A stretch of 64,000 nucleotides of DNA from Thermodesulfobacteriota bacterium (GTDB lineage Bacteria > Desulfobacterota > Desulfobulbia > Desulfobulbales > SURF-16). Under the pieces are notes generated by a model. That model had not been told where the DNA came from. It did no database searches and saw only the letters and a list, made by a program, of their open reading frames with translations. Shown here piece after piece: positions 1 through 9,282 of this stretch (position 1 is its first letter; each line of letters begins with the position of its first letter). The stretch covers positions 8,872 to 72,871 of the forward strand of contig JBFMAY010000018.1 of NCBI GenBank assembly GCA_040755455.1, written 5' to 3'. Both the position numbers and the translations under genes were made by a program.

Positions 1-185
1 TGCTGCAGGCGCTTACCATGGCCGGGGGGCTTAATCCCTTTGCCAAGCGCGATAAAATTACCGTTATGCGTGAGGAGGCGGGAGACACGAGGATTTACAA
101 ATTCAATTATGACGAGGTTGCCGCCGGCGAGAATCTGCAGCAGAATATCAGGCTCCGCCGCGGAGATGTGGTTGTGGTCCCATGA
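1..185 (+). CDS. Polysaccharide export protein (Wza/SLBB domain), 3' partial
   Basis: Frame 3 reads LQALTMAGGLNPFAKRDKITVMR...NLQQNIRLRRGDVVVVP*, the typical SLBB/Wza C-terminus; its stop overlaps the next ATG (ATGA at 182-185). Confidence 0.85.
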   Translation, partial: LQALTMAGGLNPFAKRDKITVMREEAGDTRIYKFNYDEVAAGENLQQNIRLRRGDVVVVP

Positions 186-1351
186 GAAGTCTTCCTGCTC
201 TCCCCCTGCTCTCCTTGCTGCTGCTGGCTGGCCAGGACGGCCTGGCTGACGATTTTAGCGTCATACCCAAGGCCTCGATTCGCGAAGAGTATAATGACAA
301 CATCTTTTTCAGTGAGGATACCGAGAAGGATCCCGCGCAGGATGATTTTATTACTACCGCGTCGCTGGGACTGGAAATGCGGGAGCGCACGGAATTGCTG
401 ACGGCAAATCTGGCAACGCGGATTGACGGACTGGCCTATGCAGATTACAACGAGTTAAACGACATAGAAGAGTATTATAAAGGGAGCCTCGCGTATCAGC
501 TGACCCAGTTCTTGAAACTGTCTGCTGATGCCGGTTACTCCGTCGATTCCCGTGCGGATCGCGATCTAGATGTTACCGGCTTCACCAGCGATGTCGACGT
601 CAGGAGGCGACAGGACTACGCCTGTGCCGCTGATTTTCAGGCCTCGGAAAAAACCTCTCTTTTCACCTCGTACTCTTATCAGGACGATCAGTTTGAAACA
701 AATGACATGGACGAGTTCACCGGGCAGAATGTCCTGGCCGGCCTGACCCGCAGTCTAGACTTGACGAAACCAACCGCAGCCAGGCTCTATGGACGTTATA
801 GCCATTATGATTTTTACAGCTCTCTGGTGGATAATTACAGCGTGACCGTTGGCTTGAGCCGGCAGTTCAGTGAAAAATTAAGTTATGTTTTTGATATCGG
901 CCCCAGGTATACTGAGGGCAGCGATAAGAGAACGAGCGATACCGCATACGACAGCGGTTTGGGCGGACAGTTCACCCTGACCTATCAAGAGGAATTGACC
1001 ACCGCGGAAATGAATATTTTCCATGAAGTGAGCGGATCAAGCGGCCGTGACGGCGCCACCGAGCGGACCGGCCTGGTCCTTGCCCTCAAACACCGCATCG
1101 GGGAGCGGTCTTCGGTGCGGTTGGGCATTGACAGTTACCTGAATAAGGCTGACCGCGATGCGGCTTTTGTCAGCGATTTCAATGAGCTGTCCACGACGCT
1201 GACTCCCTCGTTGCATTATGAGTTCAACCCGCTGATTTTGTGTGAGGCGTCATACCGCTATACCGTTATTGAGGACCGGGAGGCTGATCACGAAAGACAT
1301 CGCAATCTGGTGTTTGTCAAGTTGACCTATAAATATCCTGTCGTTGAGTAG
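182..1351 (+). CDS. Outer-membrane beta-barrel protein associated with EPS/PEP-CTERM loci
   Basis: Signal peptide, EEYNDNIF motif, alternating beta-strand pattern, aromatic C-terminus; lies between wza and wzc-like genes. Confidence 0.75.
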   Translation: MRSLPALPLLSLLLLAGQDGLADDFSVIPKASIREEYNDNIFFSEDTEKDPAQDDFITTASLGLEMRERTELLTANLATRIDGLAYADYNELNDIEEYYKGSLAYQLTQFLKLSADAGYSVDSRADRDLDVTGFTSDVDVRRRQDYACAADFQASEKTSLFTSYSYQDDQFETNDMDEFTGQNVLAGLTRSLDLTKPTAARLYGRYSHYDFYSSLVDNYSVTVGLSRQFSEKLSYVFDIGPRYTEGSDKRTSDTAYDSGLGGQFTLTYQEELTTAEMNIFHEVSGSSGRDGATERTGLVLALKHRIGERSSVRLGIDSYLNKADRDAAFVSDFNELSTTLTPSLHYEFNPLILCEASYRYTVIEDREADHERHRNLVFVKLTYKYPVVE

Positions 1352-1428
1352 GGGATGGCTTGAGCGGCCTTATCCAGCCCAATGACGATGAAGATCTTTA
1401 GTTATGCATACAGTTGAAAGGAGAGCAG

Positions 1429-2991
1429 ATGGAAGAGCACGAAATGTCGCCGAATGATTATCTGGCGGTTCTGAAGCGTCGTAAATGGAGCATGGCTCTG
1501 CCGGCGCTCATTGTGATGCTGATTTCTGCGGCTGTTGCCTTGCTCCTGCCGCCGGTTTATAAATCTGTTTCGACAATTTTGATTGAAGAGCAGGAAATTC
1601 CCGCCAATTTCGTCATGTCCACGGTGACCAGTTACGCAGAGCAGCGCCTGCAGTCAATCCACCAGCGGATCATGAGCACCAGCCGTCTCCTGGAAATAAT
1701 CACCCGTCTCGATCTCTACAAGGATTTGCGGGAAAAGGCGACAACGGAAGAAGTTATCGATAAGATGCGGGAGGATATCAGCCTTGATTACATAAGCGCG
1801 GAGGTTGTCGACCGGAAAACCGGTCGCCCAGCCACGGCCACCATCGCCTTTACCCTGTCCTATGAGGCCAAGGACAACCCGGCCACGGTGCAGAAGGTCG
1901 CCAATATCCTCGCCTCGCTGTTTCTCGAGGAAAACCTGCAGGTGCGCGAGCGGCAGGCCATGGAGGCAACGTCCTTTCTTGGGGATGAGCAGAAAAAGGT
2001 AAAGAAGAGTCTGGATGAGATTGAGCAGAAAATTGCCGAATTCAAGCAGGAGCATATCAATGAGCTGCCGGAAGTGCTGCAGGTGAATCTGCAGAGCCGC
2101 CATAACGTCCAGACCGCCAAGGAAAAACTCAGCGAACAGCTCCGATCGTTAAAGGAAAGGGAAGGAGGTCTGCTGTCTGAACTTGCCAACCTTTCCCCCA
2201 AAATGGAGATGGAGGACGTCAGACGGCTTGAAAGCCTGAAGCTTGAATTGACCAGCCTGGAGACGCGTTTTACTGAGCAGTATCCTGATGTGATTAAAAC
2301 CAGACAGGAAATTGAGAAGCTCACCGAGAAGATATCTGCCGGAGAGAAAGGAAATCACGGGGCCATGCCTGATAATCCGGCCTACATCAATCTCTCCTCC
2401 CAACTCGCCAGTGTTCAGGCCGAGATAGATTCAGTGCGGCGGCAGTATGCTGATCTGCAGAAAAACGAGAACAATTTAAATAAATGGATTGAAGCAACTC
2501 CCCGGGTCGAGGAGACATATAATGCCCTTCTTTCCGAACGGCGGAACAGGCAGACGAAATTTGACGATCTGTCCCAGAAGCTGATGGAGGCCAATGTTGC
2601 CTATGGCCTGGAAAAGGATCAGAAAGGTGAACGTTTTACCCTGATTGATCCGGCAAGGTTGCCGGAAAAGCCTGATAAACCGAACCGGCTGGCCATTCTG
2701 CTCATCGGCATTGTTCTCGGTGTCGGGGCGGGAGTTGCCGGGGCAGCCTTGATGGAATTCAGTGATCAATCGGTGCGCAAGTCGGAAACCCTGGTCAGGG
2801 AAACATCTTTTCCGGTACTGGCGGCCATTCCGCGGATCAGCTGCGCAGAAGACATGCAGCAGCATGAGTTCCGCAGGAGATGGGTGGTTCTGCTGCTGCT
2901 CGGTGTCCTGCTGGTTGCCGTCCTGGCATTTCATTTTCTCGTCATGGACCTGAATGTTTTCTGGGCCAAACTGATGCGCCGGATGATGTGA
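1429..2991 (+). CDS. Polysaccharide chain-length determinant / co-polymerase (Wzc N-terminal part, GumC family)
   Basis: N-terminal TM helix with YKSVSTILIE, long coiled coil, IDPARLPEKPDKPNR plus C-terminal TMs; AAGGAG RBS before ATG 1429. Confidence 0.9.
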   Translation: MEEHEMSPNDYLAVLKRRKWSMALPALIVMLISAAVALLLPPVYKSVSTILIEEQEIPANFVMSTVTSYAEQRLQSIHQRIMSTSRLLEIITRLDLYKDLREKATTEEVIDKMREDISLDYISAEVVDRKTGRPATATIAFTLSYEAKDNPATVQKVANILASLFLEENLQVRERQAMEATSFLGDEQKKVKKSLDEIEQKIAEFKQEHINELPEVLQVNLQSRHNVQTAKEKLSEQLRSLKEREGGLLSELANLSPKMEMEDVRRLESLKLELTSLETRFTEQYPDVIKTRQEIEKLTEKISAGEKGNHGAMPDNPAYINLSSQLASVQAEIDSVRRQYADLQKNENNLNKWIEATPRVEETYNALLSERRNRQTKFDDLSQKLMEANVAYGLEKDQKGERFTLIDPARLPEKPDKPNRLAILLIGIVLGVGAGVAGAALMEFSDQSVRKSETLVRETSFPVLAAIPRISCAEDMQQHEFRRRWVVLLLLGVLLVAVLAFHFLVMDLNVFWAKLMRRMM

Positions 2992-3116
2992 AGTCGGCCG
3001 GAGTCAGCGAGCATGCCCATGCAAGAGACAGTATAGTCGTCTGAAGAGGCTATGACCTCGGATGTAACATTCTTCATTCCGGCCAGGTTGGATGGGCCGG
3101 CTTAAGAGATGGATAT

Positions 3117-3944
3117 ATGAAACTACGAAAAGCCCTTGATAAAGCAAATAAGGAACGGCAGGAAAATTTTGGGGATGCGCCTGAAGAGATGGATGAACTG
3201 CAGGGCTTTGATGGTGACGTGCCGGAACCTGTTGCGCCTCTGAAGGGTGGTGTCTGGCAGGCGCCCGTGTATTCAGAATCTGTGTCGGTGAGGCTTGATC
3301 CGCAAAAGCTGATAAAAAATCGCTGCATCTGTATTTCCTCTGATGCCCCGGAACTCGATGCATTCAAGGTGTTGCGGACCCAGATCCTGCAACGCACCAG
3401 AGAGCAGGGCATGAACACCATTATGGTGACCAGCGTCAAGCCGGGAGAGGGGAAGACGGTGACCGCCATCAATCTGGCCCTGACCTTTGCCAGGGAATAT
3501 CAGCAGACGGTCCTGCTGGTTGACTGCGACCTGAAAAAACAGGATATCCACCATTATCTTGAATTTTCCAGCGACAGGGGCCTGATTGACTACCTGGAAT
3601 ATGACATGCCTTTAAAAGACTTTATCATTTGGCCGGGAATTGAGAAACTGACCCTGATTTCCGGGGGCCGAACCGTATCGGACAGCACGGAGCTGCTCGG
3701 TTCGCCGAAGATGAAGAAGTTGCTGGCGGAAATGAAAAACCGCTATGATGACCGTTATGTTATCCTTGACGTTCCGGCAGTCCTCGATGGAGCTGATGCC
3801 ATGGTTTTTGCCCCGCTGGTGGACGGTATTGTCATGGTGGTGGAAAAAGGCGTCACATCGCTCAGTGATGTCAAAAAGGCTGTGGAGCTGATGCCCAGGG
3901 AGAAATTCCTCGGCTTTGTACTCAACGATCGTAGCGGGGCGTAA
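3117..3944 (+). CDS. Bacterial tyrosine kinase (CpsD/CapB family)
   Basis: FKVLRT, Walker A GEGKT, LLVDCDL, ILDVP and FLGFVLN motifs; follows the co-polymerase. Confidence 0.9.
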   Translation: MKLRKALDKANKERQENFGDAPEEMDELQGFDGDVPEPVAPLKGGVWQAPVYSESVSVRLDPQKLIKNRCICISSDAPELDAFKVLRTQILQRTREQGMNTIMVTSVKPGEGKTVTAINLALTFAREYQQTVLLVDCDLKKQDIHHYLEFSSDRGLIDYLEYDMPLKDFIIWPGIEKLTLISGGRTVSDSTELLGSPKMKKLLAEMKNRYDDRYVILDVPAVLDGADAMVFAPLVDGIVMVVEKGVTSLSDVKKAVELMPREKFLGFVLNDRSGA

Positions 3945-4032
3945 CCGTTATTTATTTGCTGGCATGCAGGCCGGCAATTGATGCCGACGCTCTCTTATCC
4001 ATCTTTACTTTCCGGCAAAGCCGCTTCCGCCT

Positions 4033-5232
4033 ATGTATGAAAAGTTTTACGGTCTTTCCGAAAAACCGTTCCATATTGTCCCTAATCCCCATTTTCTCTA
4101 TCTCAGCGCCAAGCATCAGCATGCCCTGACCTATCTTGAGTACGGCATCCGCGAGGGGATGGGCTTTATCCTGCTCACCGGGGAAATCGGCACCGGCAAG
4201 ACAACCCTTATCCGCCATATGCTGAATCACATCGAGGCGGAAATCGAGGTGGCGGTGATCTTTAACACTAATGTAACCGCCAACCAGCTGCTCAGTCTGA
4301 TACTCCAGGAATTTGAACTGGAAGCCGATGGGGCGGATAAGGCAAGAAATCTTGACCGGATCTATCAGTTTCTCATCCAAAAATATGCAAGGAGGAGCCG
4401 GGTTCTGCTGATTATTGATGAGGCCCAGAACCTGTCGGACGAGGTGTTGGAAGAGGTGCGCATGCTTTCCAACCTGCAGGCCGATGACACCCTGTTGCTG
4501 CAGATCATGCTGGTCGGCCAGCCGGAGTTGAAGGCCAAACTGAAAAGGCCCGGACTTGCCCAGCTCACCCAGCGTATCGCGGTCAATTATCACCTGATGC
4601 CGTTGAACAGAGAGGAGACAGGGGTCTACATCGCCTCGCGGCTGGAGAAGGTGGGAGGTGATCCTGAGCTGTTCAGCCAGGAAGCGGTGGAAGAAATTTA
4701 CCGTGCCTCAAACGGTACGCCGCGCTCGATCAACCTGCTCTGTGATTCGGCCCTGGTCTATGGTTTTGCCGACGAGCTGCAAAGGATAGATAAGGATGTT
4801 GTTCTGCAGGTTCTTGCAGATAAAGGCGATCTTGCCTGGGTGATGGAACCCCAGGCTGCTGTAACGCCACTGCCTGCCCAGGATGAAGCCGTCCGCCACG
4901 AATTTGCCGAACTGGCCCAGCGGATGGCGACTTTGGAGAAGCAGGTGCAGGAGCTCCGTTTCCAGCTCTCCCTGCAGCATGAGGAGTTGGAAAGACATGG
5001 CGGGGGATTTAAGGATGAGATCGTCCGTCAGCTTACCGTTCAGCTTGAGCAGGAGCGCAAAAAAAGCGAGAAATTGCTGCTCGAGTACGGTCGGGTCAAG
5101 GAACGGCTGCGGTGGCTGGAAGGGGGCAGCGCCATGCCGCCGGACTCCGCCGCCACTGATGCCTCGGATGCCAAGCCGTCCGCTTCTGGTAAAAAGGCAA
5201 AAAAAACTTCCTGGTTTTCATTTCGTTTTTAG
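4033..5232 (+). CDS. ExeA/GspA-like AAA ATPase (PEP-CTERM/EPS-associated type) with C-terminal coiled coil
   Basis: MYEKFYGLSEKPF start, GEIGTGKT, IIDEAQNL, LVGQPEL, GTPRSINLLCD. Confidence 0.88.
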   Translation: MYEKFYGLSEKPFHIVPNPHFLYLSAKHQHALTYLEYGIREGMGFILLTGEIGTGKTTLIRHMLNHIEAEIEVAVIFNTNVTANQLLSLILQEFELEADGADKARNLDRIYQFLIQKYARRSRVLLIIDEAQNLSDEVLEEVRMLSNLQADDTLLLQIMLVGQPELKAKLKRPGLAQLTQRIAVNYHLMPLNREETGVYIASRLEKVGGDPELFSQEAVEEIYRASNGTPRSINLLCDSALVYGFADELQRIDKDVVLQVLADKGDLAWVMEPQAAVTPLPAQDEAVRHEFAELAQRMATLEKQVQELRFQLSLQHEELERHGGGFKDEIVRQLTVQLEQERKKSEKLLLEYGRVKERLRWLEGGSAMPPDSAATDASDAKPSASGKKAKKTSWFSFRF

Positions 5233-5283
5233 GAGCTGTTACGAAATAACCGCCTCATTTTTGAGCATTTCGTTACGGCTCCT
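5231..5283. repeat. 17-bp imperfect inverted repeat (hairpin)
   Basis: AGGAGCTGTTACGAAAT (5231-5247) versus the reverse complement of 5267-5283 (AGGAGCCGTAACGAAAT), 2 mismatches. Confidence 0.6.
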
Positions 5284-5342
5284 GATGCCATCTCTGACAA
5301 CAGACGATGTATTATTTTATTGCAACGGTTTAGCAAGCTTTC

Positions 5343-6020
5343 ATGGGCTTTTCTCTTTCTTCTTCAACGCAACCAGGCGGCATTCCATTGCTTTTTCTGC
5401 CCGGCTGGGGTTTTGATGCCCGGCTGGTCAAGCTGTATCGTTTGTTTGCCGGCCGATGCCTGATTCTGCCCGAATCCTTTGTTGATCCTGCCTGTTTTGC
5501 CGTTGAACTGCAGGCCTTTTTGCAGAGCGAGAACATAGCAAAAATTGCCATAGTGGGCTGGTCCATGGGGGCCCAGATCGGGCTGGACTTCTGCCTGGCC
5601 CATGCCCATCTGGTGGCGCAACTTGATCTTGTTGCCATGCGCAGCCGCTGGCCGCCGCCAGAGATTGCCGCGATCCGCACCGCAATTGCTGCGGATTTGC
5701 CGGGATATATGCGGGGCTTTTACCGGAAATGTTTTTTAGGATACAAAAAGTCGTTTCATGATTTTGTTCTTGCCCTGCAGGATGATTATCTGCGGAAACT
5801 GGACAGGGAAATTCTTGTGGCAGGGCTTGATTATTTGCAGAACTTTACCCCCCCGGCCCGTGTGCCGGGGGCAGTCGCTGTGCGTATGATTCATGGCCGC
5901 CAGGATGTGGTGGCGCCAGTAGGGGAAATGGTGCGGCTTGCCGGCGCAGCCTGTGAAGTTTTTCCCCATGCCGGCCACATGGTGCTGCTTGACCTTCAGA
6001 AGAAACATCAGGATGACTGA
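5343..6020 (+). CDS. bioH: Alpha/beta hydrolase, BioH-like pimeloyl-ACP methyl ester esterase
   Basis: LPGWG oxyanion loop, GWSMG nucleophile, HGRQD and AGH catalytic residues; directly upstream of bioC and bioD. Confidence 0.7.
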   Translation: MGFSLSSSTQPGGIPLLFLPGWGFDARLVKLYRLFAGRCLILPESFVDPACFAVELQAFLQSENIAKIAIVGWSMGAQIGLDFCLAHAHLVAQLDLVAMRSRWPPPEIAAIRTAIAADLPGYMRGFYRKCFLGYKKSFHDFVLALQDDYLRKLDREILVAGLDYLQNFTPPARVPGAVAVRMIHGRQDVVAPVGEMVRLAGAACEVFPHAGHMVLLDLQKKHQDD

Positions 6021-6810
6021 AGAGAGAAAAAAGGCGATTTGCCGGCGTTTTTCCAAGGCGGCGGCAACCTATGACGAGTATGCCCTGGTGCAGAAGGAAA
6101 GCGCCGTCAGGCTTGCCACATGCCTGCCGGAGAATTTTTCTGCCGTCCAGATACTGGAAATTGGCTGCGGAACCGGCAATTATACGGCAAAGCTTGCGGC
6201 GCGCTTCCCCCAGGCGCATCTCACGGCCCTGGATTTTTCCGCTGCCATGGTCGAGCAGGCCGGCAAGAAATGTCTGGCCCATGCCGCCGTTTCTTTTCGG
6301 TGCGAAGACGGGGAGCAATTTCTGGCCCAAAACAGGCGGCAGTTTGATCTGATCACCAGCAATGCCACTATGCAGTGGTTTGATGATCTGCCCCGGGCCT
6401 TTTCCCATGTGGCACGAAGCCTCGCTCCAACCGGCATTTTTCTCGCCTCGCTTTTTGGCCCGCTAACCCTGCATGAGCTGGCGGCAGCGCTGGCCGAAGT
6501 TGTTGATGAATCAGCGCAATTGCCGGCCGGGCAATTCCCGGACGGGGTAAAACTCCAGCAGCAGCTTCGCCCATGCTTTGGCCGGGTGGAAATAGCGGAA
6601 GGCATCTACCGGCGGAGTTATTTGTCCTTGCAGGACCTTTTCCGCCACATCAGAAAAACCGGCACCGGCGGCTACCATTCCACCCTGCCGTTGTTGACCA
6701 GGGGCAGGCTGAAAGGACTTGATGAGTGGTTCTGCCGTCACGGAGGCTTTGCGGTGTCCTATCAGGTTTTTTTTGTCATAGCAGCCATGCCCAAACAGGA
6801 GCAAAAATGA
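6013..6810 (+). CDS. bioC: Malonyl-ACP O-methyltransferase
   Basis: RFSKAAATYDEYALVQ, ILEIGCGTG SAM motif, FDLITSNATMQW. Confidence 0.88.
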   Translation: MTEERKKAICRRFSKAAATYDEYALVQKESAVRLATCLPENFSAVQILEIGCGTGNYTAKLAARFPQAHLTALDFSAAMVEQAGKKCLAHAAVSFRCEDGEQFLAQNRRQFDLITSNATMQWFDDLPRAFSHVARSLAPTGIFLASLFGPLTLHELAAALAEVVDESAQLPAGQFPDGVKLQQQLRPCFGRVEIAEGIYRRSYLSLQDLFRHIRKTGTGGYHSTLPLLTRGRLKGLDEWFCRHGGFAVSYQVFFVIAAMPKQEQK

Positions 6811-7541
6811 TGAGGCAACCCATGGCCGCCAATGCCGTCTTTATTACCGCAACCGGAACCGGGGTGGGGAAAACCCTTGTCAGCTCCCTGCTCCTCGGTT
6901 TTCTGCGGAAACAGGGGGTAAAGGCAGGGTACCAGAAATGGGTCAGCACCGGGGGCGCGATGCCCGAGGACCTGCTCTATTGCCTGCGAAAAAATGATAT
7001 GGAGTTTGCCCGGGGGCAACTTGACCGCCAGGTTGTCTATCGTTTCCTCCTGCCGGCTTCCCCGCATCTGGCCGCTGAAAATGAGGGCAGGCAGATTGAT
7101 CCCGGGCGCATAAATGAGGCATTTGGCCAATCTGCCAAAGAATATGATGTGCTGGTGGTGGAGGGGGTCGGCGGGGTGCTGGTGCCGCTGCGCCGTGATC
7201 TGCTGCTGGCGGATTTCCTCACCGGCCTGCAGTTGCCGTCCCTTATTGTGGCCCACAGCGGGCTGGGCACCATCAATCATACCCTGTTGACCATTGAGGC
7301 CATGCGGCAAAGGGACTTGCCCGTGCTTGGCGTGGTATTTTCCGATGAACAAGAGGGGATGGCGGTGGATGATCCGCTGGTGGCTGATAATATGCGGACC
7401 ATAGCTGACATGGCCGGGGTGGAGGTTTTCGGCCGGTTGTTGCGCCTTGCTGATTACACCCTGCTAGAGAAGGCCTTTCAGCCGGTCGGGCAAGCGATCT
7501 GGCAGAGATTGCCTTGGCTGGCAGAGGCGCAGCAAAGATAG
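6807..7541 (+). CDS. bioD: Dethiobiotin synthase
   Basis: FITATGTGVGKT, SPHLAA, VEGVGG, GLGTINHTLLT. Confidence 0.93.
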   Translation: MMRQPMAANAVFITATGTGVGKTLVSSLLLGFLRKQGVKAGYQKWVSTGGAMPEDLLYCLRKNDMEFARGQLDRQVVYRFLLPASPHLAAENEGRQIDPGRINEAFGQSAKEYDVLVVEGVGGVLVPLRRDLLLADFLTGLQLPSLIVAHSGLGTINHTLLTIEAMRQRDLPVLGVVFSDEQEGMAVDDPLVADNMRTIADMAGVEVFGRLLRLADYTLLEKAFQPVGQAIWQRLPWLAEAQQR

Positions 7542-7582
7542 GCGAAGCGGCTCTGCCAGCTTTGTGTTGCCGAGGTTTTTCG

Positions 7583-7795
7583 CTAACCTCTTTTCTCCGG
7601 GACGCCGAGGGCCTTGAGGATCAGGCCCAGGGGGCAGATCTTCGAGAAGCCGAACTGCAGGAGATTGGCGCCGACAAAGGCGGTGAACCAGAGCCAGTAT
7701 GTGCTTATGAAAACAGGGCTGGCCTCCACCCCCAGGGCTAGACTCAGCAGGATGAAAAAACCTGCAATGGCATGGATCCAGTCTGTGACAATCAT
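7583..7795 (-). CDS. DUF2892 / YgaP-like small inner-membrane protein
   Basis: Two TM helices, FVGANLLQFGFSKICPL motif; AGGAG RBS. Confidence 0.85.
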   Translation of the reverse strand: MIVTDWIHAIAGFFILLSLALGVEASPVFISTYWLWFTAFVGANLLQFGFSKICPLGLILKALGVPEKRG

Positions 7796-7940
7796 GATGT
7801 TCTCCTTCCTCTTGTTTCACGCTGTGGGTGAGTTTTTTTAAAGACCAACCCCACTGCCTGGGCATTGGTGTTGTCCTGAAATCGGCCGGCACAAAGTAGA
7901 ACCGTTAGAGCCGTAAAAGAAATTTCCTCCGATTCTCAGG

Positions 7941-8735
7941 TTATTTGTGGACTTCCCGTGGCGGTTTGCGCAGGTACTGCTCGGTAAAGATGGATGGATC
8001 AAGGGCAAGATCATAGGTGATATTGGTAAATTCCGTAACCGTTTCACCGCCGCTGGTGAAATCCTGCACCCTGGATTTGGTCACGGTGGGATGACCCTGG
8101 ATATCCTCGACTTCCAATGCCTCAATAACCCGGTATGGCTTATCTGCCTTGTCGGCGTATTCCGCCTTCATGGGCAGATAGGTCTTTTTGTCAATCCAGA
8201 GCCGGTAGGAAGAAAACTCCACTGAAACGGGATCCTTCGGGGTATTCTTCACAATATAAAATTTTTCCCCATCTTCCTGCAGCGCATGGTTGTCATCGTT
8301 GACGCGGCGGCCGGTGATATCTTCATAAAAGCAATGCGAGCCCATGAAACTGGTCCGTTTATCCGAGGAGGCAATCCTTTTTACCTCATCAAGGTCGGGG
8401 AGGTACAGCCAGCGGACATCATCTTTGTCCGTATATTTGTGGACGAGCAAAACGGTTTTGCGGATATCGCCGGGCTTTCTGAAGAAGACATAGAACTGCT
8501 GATTGCCGCCATCCTTGTCATCACGGCGCAGCATGACAAATTCCCGGTTCCCGGTTCGGCCCTGGGAGTCTGTAATGGTCATGGCAACAAGCGCTTTGCC
8601 GTCTTTGCCTGCATAATAGGCAGCCTTATTGGCCTTATCTACGATCTCATCAACATTCGGCGCAGCATATGCCCATGTTGCAGCAGAGAAGAAAATGGTT
8701 GCCAGGGGAAGAAAGGAAAATTTCTTGTTCATCAT
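7941..8735 (-). CDS. Outer-membrane lipoprotein-sorting (LolA-like) periplasmic protein
   Basis: Signal peptide, WLYLPDL..VKRIASSDKRTSFMGS..YED motif; GAGGAG RBS before 8735. Confidence 0.8.
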   Translation of the reverse strand: MMNKKFSFLPLATIFFSAATWAYAAPNVDEIVDKANKAAYYAGKDGKALVAMTITDSQGRTGNREFVMLRRDDKDGGNQQFYVFFRKPGDIRKTVLLVHKYTDKDDVRWLYLPDLDEVKRIASSDKRTSFMGSHCFYEDITGRRVNDDNHALQEDGEKFYIVKNTPKDPVSVEFSSYRLWIDKKTYLPMKAEYADKADKPYRVIEALEVEDIQGHPTVTKSRVQDFTSGGETVTEFTNITYDLALDPSIFTEQYLRKPPREVHK

Positions 8736-8901
8736 TGGTGCTCCTCTGTTAATTTGTCTTTCGTTGTTCATTTTTGAAAAGCAATTTTTGCTGGAGTGTC
8801 AGGATCGCCCGGGGCAATGGCCAGGGGGCAAGGACCTGGGATGTGTTTGCCTGCTTCTGCAGCGGTCATTTAACCGGAAGCGGGTGGGAACGGGGCAGTC
8901 G

Positions 8902-9195
8902 CTAACCGATGGCCTCCTGGCAGAAAAGAGTGCGCAGGATTTGCATCAGCTGCAGGATGCGCGGGTCATTAATGCGGTTATAGATAAAGTTGGCGTCTTT
9001 GCGGAAGGAGATAATCCCCTGGTTGCGCAATATGGACAGATGCTGTGAAACATTGGCATTTGTTGTCTTTACTTCTGCGCGGAGATCGCCCACGGTCATT
9101 TCCCGGTCCTGCAGCAGGCAGAGAATTTTCAGTCTGATGGGATGGGACATCGTTTTCAGCAGTCCGGCAATGGATTCAATATGTTCAGTTTGCAT
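8902..9195 (-). CDS. ArsR/SmtB family transcriptional regulator (BigR/SqrR/YgaV-like)
   Basis: HPIRLKIL, VSQHLSILR HTH; cysteines in LKILCLL and TLFCQ. Confidence 0.88.
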   Translation of the reverse strand: MQTEHIESIAGLLKTMSHPIRLKILCLLQDREMTVGDLRAEVKTTNANVSQHLSILRNQGIISFRKDANFIYNRINDPRILQLMQILRTLFCQEAIG

Positions 9196-9282
9196 TGGCT
9201 AGCCGATAATGAAATGTTTAATTAGCTAATTTTATTTCTTTTTGGTGGCCCTCATGTAAAGAGTGGGCTTTTTAGAAAATCA

